A stretch of DNA of 64,000 nucleotides, taken from positions 1-64,000 of IMG/VR virus record IMGVR_UViG_3300005460_000001; one strand, given 5' to 3'. This DNA is from an uncultured virus (IMG/VR IMGVR_UViG_3300005460_000001). Taxonomy: Duplodnaviria > Heunggongvirae > Uroviricota > Caudoviricetes. Position 1 is the stretch's first letter. Every line of letters starts with the position of its first letter. Made by a program: the position numbers and the translations under genes. A model generated the notes under the pieces. It ran no database searches, had not been told where the DNA came from, and saw only the letters and a program-made list of their open reading frames with translations. Below, in pieces: positions 59,275 through 64,000 of the stretch.

Positions 59275-59898
59275 TTATCTTATCGGTATTCCTCTTGATT
59301 TTAAAGGCGTCTTCTTAGTAAGTTCGCCCAATGGTGGACGCCCAGCATTCATAGTAGCTAAATCATTAAACTCACCGGTTATGGGATTTGGCTTATTAAC
59401 CGTGTCTTTTCTTGGCTTAGTGATATGATTGTTAAATGCATTCTGCTCTTCTGTGAGTTGGTCTTCATATATAAGACCTCTTTCTCTTACTGGATAATGT
59501 GGGCCTTCTATGCATCCTGGAGTTAACTCTCCTACTTCTGGCAAATCCTCAAAATTATGGTTAAAATGTCTTATTTGAAGAATGTCTATCATTTTTATAT
59601 CAATGATATCTTCAGAAAACTTTTCAGAACAGTCAAGGACAATATTGGACACATTGTCTTCTGCGCTGCTTAATTTCTTGATATTAGCAACTTTGATGTC
59701 CATCACTCGTCCTCTACGTACCACTACCCGTTGATCATTCTCTATGAATTGTATAGAAACCATTTCTCCAACTCTAGTTATATAAGTGCTTCCATCATCC
59801 ATACATATTTCTACACATGGCAATAGCTTATAGCTCTTTGCTTTTGGTAGTGGTTCTATTGTTCCTATTTCAGGATGCCAATGACTATTTTTTCCCAT
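59275..59898 (-). CDS. hypothetical protein (paralogous to 29031..29453)
   Basis: 207-aa ORF in the virion block. Confidence 0.75.
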   Translation of the reverse strand: MGKNSHWHPEIGTIEPLPKAKSYKLLPCVEICMDDGSTYITRVGEMVSIQFIENDQRVVVRRGRVMDIKVANIKKLSSAEDNVSNIVLDCSEKFSEDIIDIKMIDILQIRHFNHNFEDLPEVGELTPGCIEGPHYPVRERGLIYEDQLTEEQNAFNNHITKPRKDTVNKPNPITGEFNDLATMNAGRPPLGELTKKTPLKSRGIPIR

Positions 59899-61159
59899 TC
59901 TTTTTGCCGTTCCTTTCTTTTAATTTCTCTTCATCCTTTTGGATAATAAGATCAAGGAATTTACAAATATTTTCCTTTACTTTATCGTTAAAATCCTGAT
60001 TTCCAATGGTCGTTTGCAGTAACAGAATGTTTTGTATGAAGAAATACATAAACACATGTTGCGCAATATTAGATGGTGTATAAAGTCTTGTATAAGAAAT
60101 GAAAGCAGCTATAAATTTCTGAATAGAAACTATATTATATTTCTCTGGAAGGATCTTATCTAATACTGGGATAGTAGTACCTATATCTCTGATAGTAAAA
60201 TTAGACTTGTAGTATTTCTGGTTAAAGTCGGAGCAAGTCTTTTTAAATTTATCTATCATTATAGGTTTGATCTTGATTTTTCCGGCAGCATATGCTTGGT
60301 ACATTTCTTCATAAGTATAAGCTTGGATAAAAGCATGAGAGCACAGTCTAAGCATCATAGCTTTTTCCAATGCCTCTTCATCATCTGGATGCTCTTGTTC
60401 TAACTTGTCTGCCATTTCAATCATTTCTACTTCGTATTTATGCTGATGCATATTTTCAAATTCTTTAAGACTTTCTTCATGATCTTTAGAAATCTTATCC
60501 AACTCTTGGTTTGTAAAAGTAGAGAGATCTCTAAATACCGTCTTTTGATAGTTATTTGATATAATTACATCGAATAGGTCTTTAGCAAGATTATTCTTCA
60601 TGGCATTCATGATAGACAGCGAAGCCTGACGTTGCATTCCGCCTTCATTGGCTACTCTGGATATCTGCGTCTGAATTGCCTGGGGCAATGACTTAAAATA
60701 TTGGAATTTTTCTCCGCTCTTATATCTATTTACCGCGAGTTGCAGTGTGTTTACATCAGATTCGGACAATTTCAGATCGGGAAAACTAGTAGAAACATAT
60801 TCATCTAAGAATTCCCTCTGTATGTCTAATTTACTGATGTCCTCTTCTTTCATATTTATAAGATTATCAACACTTTCTTCTGTTACAACATTTGGGGCTT
60901 GTGCCAATGGAATAGTATGTACCCCACCAGAACCGGTTATTGTTCCTACCACTTTTTCAGATTTAATTTCATTTTTACTAGAAGTATTTTCTAATACTCC
61001 ATTATTTGAAGGTAAATCCTGTGTAGGATCTCTATCTTGATCCAGTATCTCGGCAAGCCTATCAACTTCAGCATCTGTTAGATCTTCGTTTTCTCCTATT
61101 AATTTTCCTAATTCATCTGCACGTTCTAATAACTCATCATAATTTTTGTTTACATTCAT
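59885..61159 (-). CDS. hypothetical protein (virion block)
   Basis: 424-aa ORF, AGGAGG RBS. Confidence 0.8.
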   Translation of the reverse strand: MNVNKNYDELLERADELGKLIGENEDLTDAEVDRLAEILDQDRDPTQDLPSNNGVLENTSSKNEIKSEKVVGTITGSGGVHTIPLAQAPNVVTEESVDNLINMKEEDISKLDIQREFLDEYVSTSFPDLKLSESDVNTLQLAVNRYKSGEKFQYFKSLPQAIQTQISRVANEGGMQRQASLSIMNAMKNNLAKDLFDVIISNNYQKTVFRDLSTFTNQELDKISKDHEESLKEFENMHQHKYEVEMIEMADKLEQEHPDDEEALEKAMMLRLCSHAFIQAYTYEEMYQAYAAGKIKIKPIMIDKFKKTCSDFNQKYYKSNFTIRDIGTTIPVLDKILPEKYNIVSIQKFIAAFISYTRLYTPSNIAQHVFMYFFIQNILLLQTTIGNQDFNDKVKENICKFLDLIIQKDEEKLKERNGKKNGKK

Positions 61160-61181
61160 TTTTAGTGTCCTCCTATAAATA

Positions 61182-61967
61182 TTAAATTGTAGCTGGAATT
61201 AAATCTGCTGATAATTCTTGCAATCTTAACCTTATCATGGTTAAGATAACCGGACCGCATATCGGGTCCTTAACACATGGAACAAATTGAGATTGAAATA
61301 CGCTTATTACCTCTTTGGTATAGCTGCATAATAGCTTAGTTATATTTGAATCAAAAGTTGATACATATATAAATGTTTCCATATCTATATCCATTCCACA
61401 TATATTAGCTATTACCTTTTCTAAATTAGCATGTATCAATGCTAAGTTAGTATTATTCTTAAACATTTTTCTACTATAATTAGATCCGAGATCTTTATTA
61501 CTAGTTTTTTTAGATTCTGCTATATTGATGGACTCAACAATAGCATTCTGCTCTCTGATAATAAAATTCGAGAAGAAATTTATTATATTCAGAGTATATC
61601 TTGAAATGAAGAAATCATACAAAAAATAAACTAAAGAATATAAATCTACATTCTCGGGATTATTACGATCAAGACTAATAGAAAGATTGTTCAATGAACA
61701 AACCTTTTCCATTATTGTTCTGAGTATCATATTATGAGACTGTGTTAATTCCTCTGCGTGCATTGGAATAGCAGACAATTGAAATTTGAAATTTTGATCA
61801 ATTGCATTAACCAAATTTCCAACGTATAATTGGTATGGTCTAAATCTATTATTATATCTGGTTTCTACAATATCGTATATCATATCTGTAGAAAAGTTTC
61901 CTATTATGGAACTAATTTCATTATCAGATAAAATGCCATATTCAGTGTTGTTACTTACAAAAGACAT
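61182..61967 (-). CDS. hypothetical protein (virion block)
   Basis: 261-aa ORF, AAGGAGG RBS. Confidence 0.8.
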   Translation of the reverse strand: MSFVSNNTEYGILSDNEISSIIGNFSTDMIYDIVETRYNNRFRPYQLYVGNLVNAIDQNFKFQLSAIPMHAEELTQSHNMILRTIMEKVCSLNNLSISLDRNNPENVDLYSLVYFLYDFFISRYTLNIINFFSNFIIREQNAIVESINIAESKKTSNKDLGSNYSRKMFKNNTNLALIHANLEKVIANICGMDIDMETFIYVSTFDSNITKLLCSYTKEVISVFQSQFVPCVKDPICGPVILTMIRLRLQELSADLIPATI

Positions 61968-62335
61968 GATTGAGAATCTCCTCCTTCTACTTTTTTGAAA
62001 TTTACTTTTATATATTTTATTTTATCGTGTGGAATGATCATAGAATCTCCATTCTTATTAACGATAATAGTACAGTTACTCTTGCACGTATAAGATGTAA
62101 CCTCATCATATTTTTCTATATTACCATTATCAAAATAAATAAATGCTTCAAAAAGTAAAATTCTACTACTACCGAATCTTATTTCAGATGGATCCATTGT
62201 TTTAATCAAAGATGCATTATAGGATCCTTTTAGCTTATCCAAGTCAACTTTAGGTGCACTATTATTAGCCGGTGGAGTAGGATTTATCCCACTATCTAAT
62301 TGCCTAAGAATAGTATTAAAATTATTATCACTCAT
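61955..62335 (-). CDS. hypothetical protein
   Basis: likely start at ATG 62335 after AGGAGG. Confidence 0.7.
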   Translation of the reverse strand: MSDNNFNTILRQLDSGINPTPPANNSAPKVDLDKLKGSYNASLIKTMDPSEIRFGSSRILLFEAFIYFDNGNIEKYDEVTSYTCKSNCTIIVNKNGDSMIIPHDKIKYIKVNFKKVEGGDSQSCLL

Positions 62336-62418
62336 AGCGATTCCTCCTGTTTTATTTACTAAGGAGTTGAGATAAGGATAAATCCCTACTCCGTTTAAAG
62401 GAGTAGGGACAATACAGA

Positions 62419-64000
62419 TCATCTTATTACAATATTATTAAAGTATTTCTGCATCGCTGCTCTTTCTTTATCTTGTTGCTCATCGTTTGGATACATATCG
62501 TTGAACATGCTATCTGGAATCTTGTATGTTCCTGCGGTCATTAAATCCTCTTCATCAACATGATATTTCTCAGCATATGCTTTTCTTCCAATGGGATGAC
62601 TTATGAAAGCTTGTATTGCAGCAGAATCTTGTTGTCTTTGTTTTTCCAAGAAATCCTCATATAAAATGCTCTTATCTGATTCTATATATTCCAATGACGC
62701 TTTGATATCTCCGTCAATCTCTGTTTCAATATATTTGGAAATATCATCAAATGAATCATTTTCTATATAATCTATCTCTACATCTTCCTCGGTGTCTGTA
62801 CGTATCATACGTTTATCCATACCGAAGTTTTCCATAAGGTCTTTTCCATAGTACCATACATAGAGAGCCATTAGATATGAGAATATCTGGTCATCATGCC
62901 CGTTATCCGTGTGTTCTATACGACCATTCTTTTTCACTTCAAGCGTGCACAATTCATTATAAAGAATCTCTGCAGCAAATTTATTCTTATGATTATCCAT
63001 TCTGTCTCTAAGAATTTCCATAAGAAGATTTCTAGAAGCTTTAGTTTCGTCAAATCCATATACTTTAGTTTTTATCTTACGCTTGTTAAATCCGGAACCA
63101 TTTGGATCTATCCGGTCTTCAACAACTCTGTCTTTAATCTCATAATAGAGATTACGTTTAATCTTAGAGTTCTTCAATAAGCCTATAACGGAAGCTCCGA
63201 AACCACCATTTCGCTCAATATTAACTATCGCATTTGGCATGTACTTGACTACAAGTTCATAAATGCATTTAGCCAAATCTGGAATTGATATATAATTACA
63301 ATTTAGCGTTGCAATTACATCTGTAGTTTCAGAATCTATTACTGTTATAGCCGAAGAATCTTTATTATAACCACCAGAAACATCGACTCCTATGATAGGA
63401 GGAAATCTCTTAATCTGAGCCCTCTTATAAATATTCATAGTGAATATTCTGTTAAGAGTTATAGTATATAGCGGCGGCTTAATCTTAGTTTTTACAGCCT
63501 CAAGGTCTTGTTTTGTAAATGGAGAGTTATCAGAAGATACAGACCACTCAAGAAGAACCTCACGTCTAATCTTAGGCCAGTTTTTCTTAAGTTCCTTGAC
63601 CATTCTCTTGAAGTAATCAATTCCGGAACCGAGCTGCTTATAAGTAAATCTAGCATAAAAGAACGTGGAACTATCATTAAGGTTCTGTATTTCCTGCATC
63701 TGTTGATATGAATAATCGTAAAATACTTCTTGGAAAGGAGTAGCTGCTTCTTTAGTAGCATAAGCATCTTTCCCTTCATCCGTAGTCATATCTCCAGGTG
63801 TAGTAGTTATAAGTATACCATATGGAGCTCCATTGTTCTTTGCATTGCCAGAAGCCGTAACAAATGCAGGAGTTGCAGCAGCATATATAATATCATTAAA
63901 TAGAATAAATGCGTACTCATCATACCATTGCATCGGCATGGTACAACCACGACCTAAACCGTCTGCTCCAGCTTTATTTCTAGCACTAGATTTAGCAACT
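62419..64000 (-). CDS. terL: terminase large subunit (5' part outside the window)
   Basis: GRG..MPMQWYDEYAF Walker B, ITTTP coupling motif, IGVDVSGG..DSS, IERN and HDDQIFS RNase-H nuclease motifs; frame open to the window edge. Confidence 0.88.
   Translation of the reverse strand, partial: VAKSSARNKAGADGLGRGCTMPMQWYDEYAFILFNDIIYAAATPAFVTASGNAKNNGAPYGILITTTPGDMTTDEGKDAYATKEAATPFQEVFYDYSYQQMQEIQNLNDSSTFFYARFTYKQLGSGIDYFKRMVKELKKNWPKIRREVLLEWSVSSDNSPFTKQDLEAVKTKIKPPLYTITLNRIFTMNIYKRAQIKRFPPIIGVDVSGGYNKDSSAITVIDSETTDVIATLNCNYISIPDLAKCIYELVVKYMPNAIVNIERNGGFGASVIGLLKNSKIKRNLYYEIKDRVVEDRIDPNGSGFNKRKIKTKVYGFDETKASRNLLMEILRDRMDNHKNKFAAEILYNELCTLEVKKNGRIEHTDNGHDDQIFSYLMALYVWYYGKDLMENFGMDKRMIRTDTEEDVEIDYIENDSFDDISKYIETEIDGDIKASLEYIESDKSILYEDFLEKQRQQDSAAIQAFISHPIGRKAYAEKYHVDEEDLMTAGTYKIPDSMFNDMYPNDEQQDKERAAMQKYFNNIVIR

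Noticed and set aside
1..64000. Alternative genetic code (stop-codon reassignment)
   Set aside because: Standard-code ORFs tile the window densely and conserved enzymes are full length; genes end in TAA, TAG and TGA.

Overview
AT-rich 64-kb segment of a jumbo myophage of the phiKZ/AR9(PBS1)-like type. The host is probably a Firmicute, judging by the strong AAGGAGG RBSs and a Bacillota-style tRNA-Ile2. The + strand carries replication, recombination and transcription genes: PD-(D/E)XK nuclease, SbcD and SbcC, DnaB, a RecD/Dda helicase, GyrB and GyrA, a RecA-like protein, NAD ligase, a split family-B DNA polymerase, split RNA polymerase subunits and a tubulin/FtsZ-family protein. It also carries two tRNAs and a probable portal gene. 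The right end holds a - strand virion block (tail tube, sheath, terminase cut by the window edge). The main find lies between gyrB and gyrA: a nuclease-less Nop/IS110-domain protein directly followed by a 38-nt-period dual-repeat array (ATGAATCT / spacer / ATWDTAATCT / spacer), i.e. a TIGR-TasA-like RNA-guided system. Two more orphan arrays with the same repeats sit behind gyrB and behind the tubulin operon. Also notable are a GMxY peptide motif repeated 16 times across 9 mostly replication/transcription proteins, a ~370-nt structured ncRNA between the tRNAs, and AR9-type AACA-N6-TA promoters. All calls come from reading motifs by eye; no searches were run.
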